The notes beneath the pieces are model-generated. The model searched no databases and was not told where the DNA came from. It saw only the letters and a program-made list of their open reading frames with translations. A stretch of 64,000 nucleotides of DNA, from positions 1,144-65,143 of the forward strand of contig NZ_JAIEMO010000030.1 of the NCBI RefSeq assembly GCF_019752095.1, given 5' to 3'. Below are positions 51,046-62,116 of this stretch, piece after piece (position 1 is the stretch's first letter; each line of letters starts with the position of its first letter). The stretch is from Nitrosomonas sp. (lineage in GTDB: Bacteria > Pseudomonadota > Gammaproteobacteria > Burkholderiales > Nitrosomonadaceae). A program made the translations under genes and the position numbers.

Positions 51046-54000
51046 TCACGCAGACGGGGGAGACAGTTTTTCAGATTGAACTGGTGGTACTTTATCAGTT
51101 TTATCATCAAACCATCGATACAGCATTGGCATGACCACCATCGTCATCATCGTTGCTGTCGTTAGTCCACAGACGACCACGATAGCCAATGGTTTTTGTA
51201 CTTCAGAACCCAGCCCCGAAGCCGCCAGGAACGGTGCCAGGCCCAACACGGTAGTCGCTGCAGTCATCATGACCGGTCGGAAACGCTGCTCACAAGCTTT
51301 TCTGACCGCTTCTTCGACAGTTAAGCCTTTATCTCGCAACTCCCGCACGAAAGAAATAAGTACCACGCCATTTAATATCGATGTGCCCCATACTGCAATA
51401 AAGCCGACTGATGCCGGAACTGATAGATACTGACCGGACACAAAAAGCCCGACAACGCCACCGACGGAAGCAAACGGTAATACCAGATAAATCAGAACGG
51501 CCAGTTTGACTGAGTTGAATAACATGAATAACAAGAAAAAAATAGCTGCCAGCGTAACCGGCACGATTACGGAAAGTGTTGACATTGCGCGTTGCATATT
51601 TTCAAACTGCCCACCCCAGACAAAATAATAACCCGTGGGTAGTTTAATTTCTTTCGCGGTACGTTCCTGCAGTTCTTCTACAAATCCGCCCATATCGCGT
51701 CCGTGCACATTAGCACCCACCACAACGCGACGCTTGGCAAATTCACGCGAAATAATCGCTGGACCGTCAATTACTTTTATCTCTGCTACAGCACTGAGCG
51801 GTACTAACATTCCACCTTGCGCCATTTTACCTAGTGCTGCTGTATTGGCCGGTCTTAATAAAAGATCCTTGATCGCTTCCACATCGTGGCGAAATTCCTC
51901 TGGAAATCTTAACAGCAGTGTGAAGCGACGTTCGCCTTCAAAAACCTGAGTAACGGCCTTGCCACCGATTGCTGTGGAAATCAGTTCGTTGACGTCTGAA
52001 ACATTGATGCCATGCCGTGCAATGGCACGGCGATCAATATTGATCGTCAGTTCTTGCTGCCCTGATAAGCGTTCAATTCGGATATCTCTGGCACCAGCTG
52101 TCGATTTAACAATACGGGCTACTTGCTCAGATAGCTTACGCAATTGCTCCAGATCGTCACCAAATATCTTGATTGCAACTTGTGAGCGGACACCGGTAAC
52201 CATTTCATCCACGCGTTGTGCAATCGGTTGTGATAGTACGATATTGACGCCAGGCAATACCTCCAGTGCTTTACGGATATCTTCCTCGATTTCTTCCTGA
52301 GTTCGCCCCGATCCTTCCAAATCCAAGTTGGCAATAGGGTCGGATTCATTTTGCGATGCGGGATCCGCGGGCGTATCTCCACGACCCAATTTAGACACTA
52401 CGCTCCTAACTCCTGGAATTGCAGCGATTAACTGCATTGCTTCTGTTTCCAGTTTGATAGCTTCATCCAATGAGATGGAAGGTGCGCGAATAATCACTGG
52501 CGTTACCGAGCCTTCCTTCATGATCGGGATAAAGGATGTACCCAGAAAAGGAAACAACGCAAATGCGAACATCAGAGAACTTATGGCAATAACTATGGTT
52601 TTTTTCTGATTGTGCATGGCCAGATTAAAAACACGCAAGTACGCGCCTTTCAAGACAGCAACAATTTTTGTGTCTTGCTCCCCCCCGCCTTGCAGAAGAT
52701 AATCACTCAATACCGGTGATATTAATAATGATACAAAAAGAGCGACCAGCAGTGCGATAGCAATTGTAACTGCCAGTGGACTAAAGGTTTTTCCTTCCAT
52801 GCCCTCGAGCGTCATTAACGGCAGGAATACAAGTATCGTAACGAACACGCCAAAAATGACCGGTGTGCCGACTTCAGCAACCGCATTCACAATGACATCA
52901 AACTTGGATTGGCCTGTGTCTTTTGCCTGGCCGAGACGCTGATAAATGTTTTCAACGACGACTACGGTGGGATCAACCATCATACCTAGTGCAATTGTTA
53001 ATCCACCTAATGACATCAAATTGGCGGGCATGCCGTAGTAATTCATCACCATGAAAGTTATCAGCGGCGTGATAATCAAAGTAAAACAAACGACAATGCT
53101 GGTTCGGATGGTTCCCAGAAAAATCGATAGCACTACTATGACTAGAATCAGAGATTGCATTAGAGTATTTTGTACCGTGGATAACGCGCCATCCACCAGT
53201 TCGGTGCGATCATAAAACGGCACGATTTGCAAACCATCCGGCAACAACCCACGCTCGTTGATTTCAGCGACTTTTTCCTTAATCCTGCCAACAATCTCCT
53301 TGGCATTGCCGCCACGCAGCATCATTACGATACCTGCAACTGATTCGGTATAGCCATTCTTGATACTGGCACCCTGACGGACTTCACCACCAAAAGTAAC
53401 TTCGGCAACATCACGTACATAAATCGGAACACCATCCATTTCTCGGAGTACGATATTGCGGATGTCGTCCAGCGTAGCAATCAGACCCACACCGCGGATT
53501 AGGTATTGTTCATAGTGCAATGCCAGTATATTTCCACTAGCATTGGAATTATTGCTGGCCAGAGCACGATCCACATCCGTCAGTGTCAGATTATAATGCC
53601 GTAGCTTGTTGGGACTGGCATAGACCTGATATTCCTTAACGTGCCCGCCCATTGAGTTAATTTCTGCTACACCACGAATTGATCGTAGCAATGGACGGAC
53701 TACCCAGTCTTGAATAGTGCGGCGTTCGGTGAGTTCTTCAGCGGTTAAAGCACGTGTACCGTCGTCTGGATGCTCGATGGTATATTGATAGACCTCACCT
53801 AATCCGGTAGAAACCGGCCCAAGCACTGGTGTAATGCCCGGTATTAAGCGAGGTGTGACATCAATGATGCGCTCCATGACTAGCTGACGCGCAAAAAATA
53901 CATCTGTCTGGTCAGTGAAAACCAGAGTAATCAGCGATAATCCACTTTTGTTCAATGAGCGCATTTCGACCAAGCCCGGTAGACCGGTCATGGCAATCTC

Positions 54001-54207
54001 AACCGGCACCGTGACTAACCGTTCCATTTCTTCTGGGCTACGGCCAATGGCTACCGTAGCCACTTGCACCTGTATATTGGTGACATCAGGGAAGGCATCC
54101 ACCGACAGGTTTTTCGCAGCAAATCCACCAGCGACACACAACAGCAGACCAATTACTAATACCAACAAACGCTGGTTTAATGCCGCACGTACTATAGCAG
54201 CCATCAT
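51046..54207 (-). CDS. CusA/CzcA-family RND efflux permease
   Basis: DAFPDVTNIQVQV, GPVSTGLGEV, GMMVD..VVVVEN and RFRPVMMT. Confidence 0.93.
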   Translation of the reverse strand: MMAAIVRAALNQRLLVLVIGLLLCVAGGFAAKNLSVDAFPDVTNIQVQVATVAIGRSPEEMERLVTVPVEIAMTGLPGLVEMRSLNKSGLSLITLVFTDQTDVFFARQLVMERIIDVTPRLIPGITPVLGPVSTGLGEVYQYTIEHPDDGTRALTAEELTERRTIQDWVVRPLLRSIRGVAEINSMGGHVKEYQVYASPNKLRHYNLTLTDVDRALASNNSNASGNILALHYEQYLIRGVGLIATLDDIRNIVLREMDGVPIYVRDVAEVTFGGEVRQGASIKNGYTESVAGIVMMLRGGNAKEIVGRIKEKVAEINERGLLPDGLQIVPFYDRTELVDGALSTVQNTLMQSLILVIVVLSIFLGTIRTSIVVCFTLIITPLITFMVMNYYGMPANLMSLGGLTIALGMMVDPTVVVVENIYQRLGQAKDTGQSKFDVIVNAVAEVGTPVIFGVFVTILVFLPLMTLEGMEGKTFSPLAVTIAIALLVALFVSLLISPVLSDYLLQGGGEQDTKIVAVLKGAYLRVFNLAMHNQKKTIVIAISSLMFAFALFPFLGTSFIPIMKEGSVTPVIIRAPSISLDEAIKLETEAMQLIAAIPGVRSVVSKLGRGDTPADPASQNESDPIANLDLEGSGRTQEEIEEDIRKALEVLPGVNIVLSQPIAQRVDEMVTGVRSQVAIKIFGDDLEQLRKLSEQVARIVKSTAGARDIRIERLSGQQELTINIDRRAIARHGINVSDVNELISTAIGGKAVTQVFEGERRFTLLLRFPEEFRHDVEAIKDLLLRPANTAALGKMAQGGMLVPLSAVAEIKVIDGPAIISREFAKRRVVVGANVHGRDMGGFVEELQERTAKEIKLPTGYYFVWGGQFENMQRAMSTLSVIVPVTLAAIFFLLFMLFNSVKLAVLIYLVLPFASVGGVVGLFVSGQYLSVPASVGFIAVWGTSILNGVVLISFVRELRDKGLTVEEAVRKACEQRFRPVMMTAATTVLGLAPFLAASGLGSEVQKPLAIVVVCGLTTATMMTMVVMPMLYRWFDDKTDKVPPVQSEKLSPPSA

Positions 54208-54209
54208 GA

Positions 54210-55382
54210 TTATTCCAATTCAGCCAGCTTGCGCTCGCTGTCTAAATGAAAAGCACCTGTCATTACAATTCGTTGATCAATTGATAGCCCATTTAGCACA
54301 GGACGGTAATCAGCCACTTCTGGGCCCAGTTCGACAGGCACACGTTGAAATTGGTTATCACTGATCGCGACAAAAACATAATCTTGGTTTAATTCGCGAA
54401 CAATTGCTGCTTCCGGGACAACTAGGGTTTTATGCTGTGTATCGGTGATATGCATATTGGCCAGCATATCCGGCTTCAATTTCCGGTCTGGGTTTTCCAC
54501 CATTACCCGGGTCATTACGGTACGAGTCAGACGATTAACGGTATCCGAGACAAATATTATGACGCCATCAAAATCAGCACCGCCTATTGCGGGTACATTG
54601 ATTTCTACATGCTGTTCCAATCGCACGTCACGCGCAATTTGTTCTGGTACATCGCCAACCACCCAGACGTGAGAAAGATCAGCAATCTGAAATAACGGAT
54701 CGGAAGGTTGTACCACTTGGCCCACCATCACATTACGTGCAATGACATATCCTTCCCGGGTGGCTTTGATATCCAACCACGGAAGAATTTTTCCTTTCTT
54801 GGACAATTCTTTTAATTCAGCGTCAGTCATTCCAAATAATCTCAACTGATCGGTGGCTGCGCCTAGTTCAGCCTGGGCAATTTCCAATTCGGATTGACGT
54901 CGTTCCACTTCAGCTTGAGCGATCGCATCAGCAGCAAACAAATGGTGCGCACGCTCAGCTGCTTTCTGAGTTACAACAACGCGTGAAGATGCACGCAAAT
55001 AAGCCAACTGCGATTGTGTTAGATCCGGGCTGGTAATGCGAGCTAATGGTTCGCCTGCCTGAACGTAATCGCCTAAGATGACAAACAGGTTGATAATTCT
55101 CCCGGTTACATAAGAACCAATTTGCGCGGTTCTTTCTTCATCGACTTGTACTCTGCTCGGGACAAGAATTTTATCCGCAAGATCAATTAAAGTAGGTTGT
55201 CCGATCTTTAAGCGGTTTGCTAGCTCGGGTCGGATAGTAATGCTGTTGATATCTCGGTCTTCTTCGGAGCTGCTTTGAGCTGTTTCTTTATCAGAGGTTT
55301 TAGTTGATTCGTTTTTATCGCACCCTGTTAATAGTAGTGTAGAAAAAACAATGAAGTTGATTAAAATTAGTTTGAAACTCAT
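54210..55382 (-). CDS. RND periplasmic adaptor (CzcB/CusB-like)
   Basis: Lipobox LTGC; IADLSHVWV, TRTVMTR and LKPDM. Confidence 0.9.
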   Translation of the reverse strand: MSFKLILINFIVFSTLLLTGCDKNESTKTSDKETAQSSSEEDRDINSITIRPELANRLKIGQPTLIDLADKILVPSRVQVDEERTAQIGSYVTGRIINLFVILGDYVQAGEPLARITSPDLTQSQLAYLRASSRVVVTQKAAERAHHLFAADAIAQAEVERRQSELEIAQAELGAATDQLRLFGMTDAELKELSKKGKILPWLDIKATREGYVIARNVMVGQVVQPSDPLFQIADLSHVWVVGDVPEQIARDVRLEQHVEINVPAIGGADFDGVIIFVSDTVNRLTRTVMTRVMVENPDRKLKPDMLANMHITDTQHKTLVVPEAAIVRELNQDYVFVAISDNQFQRVPVELGPEVADYRPVLNGLSIDQRIVMTGAFHLDSERKLAELE

Positions 55383-56755
55383 TCTGGAATTAGCTCCTTG
55401 GGATAATGTGCGCGCAACCGGTCAATTTCGACAGCCGATGATTGAAGATCAAAACGTGCTAGCAAGGCATCACCTAATATTCCTCGGAGTATACGTTGCG
55501 AATCCAAAAATTCGATTAAACCTCTCTCCCCAAAACGGTAAGCGGCTTCGGCGACTTCTACAGCATTTTCTGCTTCTTTGATTAAACCGCCTTCAAACAT
55601 GTCTACGCGTCGTCGCGCGATCTGCAGAGACTGCCATGCTGCTTCGAATAATTGACTGATTTCGTAGCGGCGATATTCAAGTGTTTCTCGTATCCGTGCG
55701 GAATCATAAATGGCTGTATCAATTTCGCCGCGACGTTGATAGAGCAAAGGGATTCTAACGCTTACGCCTGCTATATTGGAGGTGAATTGTGCATCCTGGT
55801 AATTAGTGTATAAAAAATTAATTTGTGGTAGCACCGAAGCTTTTTCCTGACTAATTCGTAATTTGGCACGTTCTTGTTCTGCCTGCAAACGAATGACATC
55901 CGGATTTACAGATGGTACTTCCTGACGTAATGTGTCCAATGGCGGTAAATTAATCGGATCTTTCAGAGAAGCTTGAATTTCAAAATCAATTGGAATGGCT
56001 CCTGCCGTCAGTTGCAGTAAGGCTACTCGAGCGCGCTGTGCTGTTAACTGTGCAGCTTCCATGCGATTAGCTGTGCTTTGTAATTCGGTATCTGCCCGAA
56101 TGAGTTCAAAGCGCGCGACTTCCCCCCTTTCGACATTGGCTGCAATACGACGCCGTACTTCTTTCAATAAGTCGTAAATGTTCTGTTCCAATGCAGCTTG
56201 CTCTATTCGTAACAATAATTCATAGGCTCTAACTCTTAGTTGCGCTGCTAAATCTGCACGTATTTGATCAAAGCTGGCACGACTCGCATCAACGACAGCT
56301 TCTGATGCACCAATCCGGGCACTGCGCATAAAAGGATTTTCGATTCCCTGATTGACTGTTACAGCGCGCTGCATGGTCGCCGGTCCTGTTAGTATCTCCG
56401 GAAGTCGCTTGTCGTCAGGGCCAGCTGATACAGTTATTTCAGGGTTGAGAAATGCGGATGCGGCGATTACACCTGCTTTGGCCATATTCACTTGCGAACG
56501 AGCGGCTTGCACGAGGCCATTTGCTTGTAGTCCCACACGTTGTAATTCTTCAATTGTAAGACTAGCTGGTGGCTGGGCATATACAAATGGTGCTGGAAAT
56601 ATTAAGAAGATACCTAGTAAAAAGTACCAAAATGAGAAAATCTGCATCGAGTCCTTCATAATTATTAAGAAATTTTTTCTGTGCTTATTCTTCGCATAAA
56701 ATTGATTGGCAATCATATATGAAAAATAAGATTCATTAGTGTCAATATTAGGCAT
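55379..56755 (-). CDS. TolC/CzcC-family outer membrane efflux protein
   Basis: NPEI, AYRFGE...EFLDSQR; operon position. True start is probably a later Met (~56659 or ~56647). Confidence 0.88.
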   Translation of the reverse strand: MPNIDTNESYFSYMIANQFYAKNKHRKNFLIIMKDSMQIFSFWYFLLGIFLIFPAPFVYAQPPASLTIEELQRVGLQANGLVQAARSQVNMAKAGVIAASAFLNPEITVSAGPDDKRLPEILTGPATMQRAVTVNQGIENPFMRSARIGASEAVVDASRASFDQIRADLAAQLRVRAYELLLRIEQAALEQNIYDLLKEVRRRIAANVERGEVARFELIRADTELQSTANRMEAAQLTAQRARVALLQLTAGAIPIDFEIQASLKDPINLPPLDTLRQEVPSVNPDVIRLQAEQERAKLRISQEKASVLPQINFLYTNYQDAQFTSNIAGVSVRIPLLYQRRGEIDTAIYDSARIRETLEYRRYEISQLFEAAWQSLQIARRRVDMFEGGLIKEAENAVEVAEAAYRFGERGLIEFLDSQRILRGILGDALLARFDLQSSAVEIDRLRAHYPKELIPE

Positions 56756-56879
56756 AATAGGGTTTTAAATCGTTGTTTTGAAGCAATACCTGCAATATCA
56801 ATTGTTAAAAGGCTATTCGGATGTCCTGGATTTAATCAAATAAATCCTGAATGCTTGCTGAACAATCACAATACACCGC

Positions 56880-58952
56880 ATGAAATTTAAGTTTATCAAT
56901 TATTACTTTTACCTAAAGCTTTTAACGATGGTTCTAGTCTTATCATCGGTGATTTTGCTGATTTCCGGAATAGCTCTAGGGGTATATGAATTTCGTGATA
57001 ATGACCCTAACCGGGGTGCTATTTCGAGTGGTGTCGATAAATTTGGTGCTCAATTTTTTCAAACAATTTACCTTGATCAAGGTTGGTCGGCATCCGATAG
57101 TTTGTGGTTTTATAATACGACGCAGGGTTCTAATTTATTACCGTACAGCTTCTTTCTTGTATTGGAGCAGCCTGATTCATCTGCTTTATTCCGCAGTAAT
57201 GAAAACATAGACCGTTATGGCTATTTGCCGCAGCGTCCAACCACAAGCAATCCAGATGGTCTGCCCGTTGGCATGGTGCAAGATGAGTATCAAGGCAAGG
57301 CATTTATGGGCTTTACTTGCGCAGCTTGCCATACAACCCAAATCAATTACCAGGGTACCGGAATTCGTATCGATGGCGGTCCGGCAAATTCGGATATGGA
57401 AATTTTCATGATGGATTTGGCGGAAGCATTGCATGTCACCTTGGAGGACTCAGAGAAACGTGACCGTTTCGTTGCTAACGTATTGAGGCAAGGTCAATAT
57501 AAGGAAATAGATGAAGTGGTGATGGATCTCAAGAAATACACTCAGCGAATCATATCTTATGCCATCATCAATACGCCTAGGGACACCCAACGACCGTTAA
57601 CTCGTTATGGCTATGCGCGATTGGATGCGTTTGGAAGAATCTATAATCGTGTGCTTGAACATATCATGAGCGCACAACAATTGCGCGAATTGCTCACGGA
57701 GATTCTGACTTCGGAAGAATTGATTGAAATAATGTCAGATGTGGAGTCCGTTCTCAGCAGTGCAAATCGCGACCACATTATTGAAAGGATTCAGGCTTAT
57801 TTGACTGGCAAGCAGATCATTCGGTTGCGCAACAAAATCTATAATCCAGCCGATGCGCCGGTGAGTTATCCATTCCTGTGGGATATACCGCAGCATGATT
57901 ACGTTCAATGGAATGGTAGAGTCGACAACAGCGGATTAGGTCCCATGGCCAGGAATGCAGGTCAGATGATTGGTGTTTTTGGTACACTGGATTGGCAAGA
58001 AGGAGATGGCTTTACGTTGTCTTCAGTTATTGGCGGACAAGGATTTGGTTCAAAGCATATTGATTTCCGGTCTTCTATTGATATTAGAAATTTGCGCCGA
58101 GTGGAGAAGCATCTGCGTAAATTAACTTCGCCGCAGTGGCCTGAGCATGTTTTGCCTAAAATCGATAAAGCACGAATGGCTAAAGGTGCGAAGTTATTCT
58201 TCCAATATTGCGCATCGTGCCACGGTCACATTAATCGCATTGATCCAGATCGTCGCGTTGTGGCTAAAATGATTGATGTTTCGTTTGTTGGAACGGATTC
58301 TAAGATGGCTGACAACGGGATTGAGTATATCGGGTATAGCGGTATTTTGCGGAATCAATATGTCGGTGTCAGTACAGGAAACCTCTTGCTGCAACGCGAA
58401 GCGCCAGCGGTAGCACTATTAACTTCAGCTACGCGCAATGTGGTGACGACACCTGATCCAGATAAATGGTTTGTGCGCAGATGGTTCGAGCGATTGCTTG
58501 ATATTGCCTATACATTTCTTGATAATGAAGTGCAATCTTCCCTGAAACATGGCAATTATGTTCCTGATACAACCGACAATCCTTTTGCTTCAGTTTTCGC
58601 TTATAAAGCTCGCCCGCTCAACGGTATCTGGGCGACTGCTCCTTATCTGCATAATGGCTCCGTTCCAACATTGTATGATTTGTTGTTGCCTAAACGGCGA
58701 CCTGATGATCCTGTAGAAGGCGAATATCGTCCGGATGAGTTTATGGTGGGATCGCGCGAGTTTGATCCAGTGAAAGTTGGATTAAAAACGACGGGCTATA
58801 ATGGCTTTTTGTTTCGTACACATATTTGGGGTAACAATAATGGTGGTCACGAGTTTGCTTCTGGCAGAATGCCTCAGCCTGATGGGATGTTTCTTCCAGC
58901 TTTGACTAAAGGACAGCGACTTGATCTTGTTGAATACCTTAAGTCACTCTGA
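56880..58952 (+). CDS. Di-heme cytochrome c peroxidase/RoxA-like protein
   Basis: Two CxxCH motifs (CAACH, CASCH); YKARPLNGIWATAPYLHNGSVPTL MauG/CcP/RoxA signature; N-terminal membrane anchor. Confidence 0.85.
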   Translation: MKFKFINYYFYLKLLTMVLVLSSVILLISGIALGVYEFRDNDPNRGAISSGVDKFGAQFFQTIYLDQGWSASDSLWFYNTTQGSNLLPYSFFLVLEQPDSSALFRSNENIDRYGYLPQRPTTSNPDGLPVGMVQDEYQGKAFMGFTCAACHTTQINYQGTGIRIDGGPANSDMEIFMMDLAEALHVTLEDSEKRDRFVANVLRQGQYKEIDEVVMDLKKYTQRIISYAIINTPRDTQRPLTRYGYARLDAFGRIYNRVLEHIMSAQQLRELLTEILTSEELIEIMSDVESVLSSANRDHIIERIQAYLTGKQIIRLRNKIYNPADAPVSYPFLWDIPQHDYVQWNGRVDNSGLGPMARNAGQMIGVFGTLDWQEGDGFTLSSVIGGQGFGSKHIDFRSSIDIRNLRRVEKHLRKLTSPQWPEHVLPKIDKARMAKGAKLFFQYCASCHGHINRIDPDRRVVAKMIDVSFVGTDSKMADNGIEYIGYSGILRNQYVGVSTGNLLLQREAPAVALLTSATRNVVTTPDPDKWFVRRWFERLLDIAYTFLDNEVQSSLKHGNYVPDTTDNPFASVFAYKARPLNGIWATAPYLHNGSVPTLYDLLLPKRRPDDPVEGEYRPDEFMVGSREFDPVKVGLKTTGYNGFLFRTHIWGNNNGGHEFASGRMPQPDGMFLPALTKGQRLDLVEYLKSL

Positions 58953-59001
58953 AGTGTAGGTAAGAAATGATTTTGTATAGACTAAGATTAAGCACTGCTG
59001 C

Positions 59002-59400
59002 CTAATGCCCAGTATTCTTAAATCTTATTTTCCATTGATGCAGTAACAGTGCAAGTGTCAGTTTTGTTACAGACCATGCTACTTCTGTTTCCTCAGGGAC
59101 TGGAGATTCTTCCAAGTAAGTGACTTTGCCCGTTGGAATTACCTTGAGTTGATTATTGTAAGCAAAATCCATCATAAATTGATACATGGCTGGATTGATA
59201 TCTTTTAGTGCGGTTTTTACATGAACACCTATCTTTCCTTCATATATAACAGGCTGAGCATACTCTGAGTATTCCCAGCGGCCATTGCGATTATAGATGG
59301 CAAGTGCCCCGCATAGCCGTTCTGACCAATCACTGGGCCGAAATGGGCGACCTTCGATGGTAATTCCCAGAATCAGCAACTCTTTATACTTGGTTTTCAT
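59002..59400 (-). CDS. DUF3579-family protein
   Basis: G.T..GRPFRPSDW.ERL motif; likely start MKTKY at 59400. Confidence 0.75.
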   Translation of the reverse strand: MKTKYKELLILGITIEGRPFRPSDWSERLCGALAIYNRNGRWEYSEYAQPVIYEGKIGVHVKTALKDINPAMYQFMMDFAYNNQLKVIPTGKVTYLEESPVPEETEVAWSVTKLTLALLLHQWKIRFKNTGH

Positions 59401-59623
59401 GAATGTAGTAGTAATGCGAGAAAAATAAAAGTGTAGAAACACTATACAATCGATCTTGGTTAGCTTGGCTGGCCTGTGGTGAGGGAGTGTTAGAATGATA
59501 TATTTTGTGAGTATGCCGAGATTTCATCAGTGAATCTTTTCCGTTTGAATTTATGCTGTCATATCGGCAGATCTTAAGAAAAATGAATAGTGCTTTGAAT
59601 AAAGGCCAAAAATAGTCAACCGG

Positions 59624-59656
59624 AAAAAGAGAAACCCGCCGCAGCGGGTTTCTCTT
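59624..59656 (-). terminator. Intrinsic terminator of the PEP-CTERM gene
   Basis: AAGAGAAACCCGC-CGCA-GCGGGTTTCTCTT 13-bp stem with a T run on the minus strand. Confidence 0.88.
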
Positions 59657-59676
59657 AGAGACACTTGATTTACAAA

Positions 59677-60318
59677 TTAATCAGCTAGTTTTTGCCTCCG
59701 GCGACGACTAGCAAAACCAAGTATACCTAGGCCAGCAAGTAACATGGCATAAGTTTCTGGTTCAGGTATCGGTGCCGCCACATCGCTGATTTTCAGGTAG
59801 TCGAAGCCGTAAAAATCACCGGAATTGTTGCGATCAATAGCAATGACTAACTCACCTGAAGCGTTGATCGAATCAATCACGGAGCCAGTCAATGTAAAGA
59901 AATGGATAGCCGTATTCGGAAACCCGTCATTGAAGCCAAAGTTTTGTACGATGCCGTTAAATGTGGTGGTTACTCCGCCGAATGTTGAAGCTTGAAAGTC
60001 GGCCGTGTCGAATTCCAGATGACCGATTGTCCAGCTGTTGCCTAATCCGGTAAATGTGAATGTTGCTACCGTTTCTGATCCATGTGGACCGAAGCCGGGA
60101 TGAGTAGTGCTATAAGTATCGGTGTATTGAGTGCCATCAGTTGCCGCCATTTCTGCTGCACTGCGGCCATCATAATTTGCCGAGAAGCCATCAAATGGGT
60201 GCGGGCAGTTGTCACAAATGCCAGCACCAAAACCGTCATTGTCACCAATTTGCCAAGAAGCCGCCGCGACCGGTCCGCTCGCCAACGCAAGTAAGGCCAT
60301 CATAGATATAATACGCAT
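59677..60318 (-). CDS. PEP-CTERM sorting-domain surface protein
   Basis: Signal peptide; C-terminal PIPEPETYAMLLAGLGILGFASRRRR. Confidence 0.93.
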   Translation of the reverse strand: MRIISMMALLALASGPVAAASWQIGDNDGFGAGICDNCPHPFDGFSANYDGRSAAEMAATDGTQYTDTYSTTHPGFGPHGSETVATFTFTGLGNSWTIGHLEFDTADFQASTFGGVTTTFNGIVQNFGFNDGFPNTAIHFFTLTGSVIDSINASGELVIAIDRNNSGDFYGFDYLKISDVAAPIPEPETYAMLLAGLGILGFASRRRRQKLAD

Positions 60319-60946
60319 TATAAAACCTCCCCTAAGAAGAAGAAAATTACATTAAGATTTACTAACTTCATCTACACATGCCAGATAGCATGCGCTGTTC
60401 ATTTGCAGCGAATTTAATGGAGCCGCTTGTTTGCAGAGAAAGATGAAATTGTTGTGTAATGACTTGCAGATTATCTGTTTTTATTAGTTATTTCTAAATT
60501 TACATAAAAAAGTAACGCTGCATAGCCATCTGCAAGATAAACTAAAAATTCCTCGAATGTAATAAGAGATGATTCCTTTTCTTCTAGTATGTACGTACTA
60601 GATTCTCATTTTGAAAAATAGGACATATGTCCTTTTTTGCACCGGCAATGTCAACAAGTGGCAAGACTGTTAAGAGTTAAGTTTGCAGTGGTAGGAAATT
60701 CTCAGCTAGATTAAATGACTTATACCGTGTGACATCGCAAGGTATGGTTTTGAATGTCGAGGCCTGTTTAACAAGGTGGTCGATACGGCTGAACAGCGGA
60801 TGTGATCAGCACCGGTAAATTTTCATTAGAGCCAGGGTAACTACCAATACCCGGAAACAAGTCGAAGTAGTACTGTAATCTCCTCTTAAGTTAATACCTA
60901 AACTAGCTTTGGTGAGACACGAAGCTTCTGTCGTGTTTGTTAGTGC

Positions 60947-62116
60947 TTAGACATCTTCTTCAGGTTCCGGATCTTCTCTTGAGGGCGCTTGAGACGCCGC
61001 TGCAGATTTTTCTGCAGCATTTGCGCTACTGGGAATTTTTGGTGTTTTGCACTGTACATCGGCGTTCTGCGCGCGATGCCGCAAAGCATGATCCATCAAT
61101 ACCAGTGCAAGCATGGCTTCGATAATCGGTGTGGCACGGATACCAACGCAAGGATCATGCCGTCCGTGCGTTTCGACAATGACCGGATCGCCGTTCTTAT
61201 CAATTGAACGTCGCCCGAGACGAATGCTGGATGTCGGTTTGATCGCGACATTGGCGGTGATGTCCTGACCAGTTGAAATGCCTCCAAGAATGCCGCCTGC
61301 GTTATTACTTAAGAAGCCATTCGGTGTCATTTCGTCGGAATGTTCGGTGCCTCTTTGTGTTACGCTGGCGAAACCTGCGCCGATCTCGACTCCTTTTACC
61401 GCGTTGATGCTCATCATGGCGTAGGCGATTTCGGCATCCAATCGGTCGTTTACTGGTTCGCCCCAGCCGACTGGTACATGCTGTGCCACTACGCTGATTT
61501 TGGCGCCCACTGAGTCGCCCGACTTACGCAGTTGATCCATAAATGTTTCCAAGCGATCTGAATAACTACTGTCAGCAATGAAAAAAGGATTCTGGCTGAT
61601 ATCCTCCCAGCATTTGAATGGGATTTTAATCGGCCCTAGCTGCGCCATATAGCCGCGAACCACAATGTCAAATTTTTCGTGCAGCCACTTTTTTGCAATC
61701 GCACCGGCGGCAACGCGTACCGCAGTCTCACGTGCCGATGCGCGGCCACCACCTCGATAATCGCGAACGCCATATTTCTGCCAGTAGGTGTAATCTGCAT
61801 GGCCGGGACGAAACGTATCCATGATTTTACTGTAATCCTTGCTGCGCTGGTCTTCATTGCGTATCAGTAATGCAATGGGCGTGCCGGTGGTTTGTCCTTC
61901 GAATACGCCAGATAAAATTTCTACCGTATCGGATTCACGCCGTTGCGTGACATGACGCGACGTGCCGGGTTTTCGTCGATCTAATTCAAGTTGGATTTCT
62001 TCAGTGCTGATGACTAGGCCCGGGGGGCAACCATCAACAATGCAACCAATTGCGGGGCCGTGTGATTCACCAAATGAGGTGACGGTAAAAAGCGTGCCAA
62101 ATGTATTGCCAGACAT
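60947..62116 (-). CDS. aroC: Chorismate synthase
   Basis: GESHG, RPGHADY, RASARET and GRHDPCV. Confidence 0.97.
   Translation of the reverse strand: MSGNTFGTLFTVTSFGESHGPAIGCIVDGCPPGLVISTEEIQLELDRRKPGTSRHVTQRRESDTVEILSGVFEGQTTGTPIALLIRNEDQRSKDYSKIMDTFRPGHADYTYWQKYGVRDYRGGGRASARETAVRVAAGAIAKKWLHEKFDIVVRGYMAQLGPIKIPFKCWEDISQNPFFIADSSYSDRLETFMDQLRKSGDSVGAKISVVAQHVPVGWGEPVNDRLDAEIAYAMMSINAVKGVEIGAGFASVTQRGTEHSDEMTPNGFLSNNAGGILGGISTGQDITANVAIKPTSSIRLGRRSIDKNGDPVIVETHGRHDPCVGIRATPIIEAMLALVLMDHALRHRAQNADVQCKTPKIPSSANAAEKSAAASQAPSREDPEPEEDV

Noticed and set aside
51046-54207. Unusual or inactive RND pump because the CzcA DFG Asp is missing
   Set aside because: ALGMMVD...VEN is the CusA-type variant; the key Asp and Glu are retained.
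60199-60216. c-type heme site in the PEP-CTERM protein (CDNCPH)
   Set aside because: The spacing is CxxCxH, not CxxCH; more likely a disulfide or metal loop.
60365-60383. Sigma-54 promoter for the PEP-CTERM gene
   Set aside because: A TGGCA -24 element is present on the minus strand, but there is no GC at the required -12 position.
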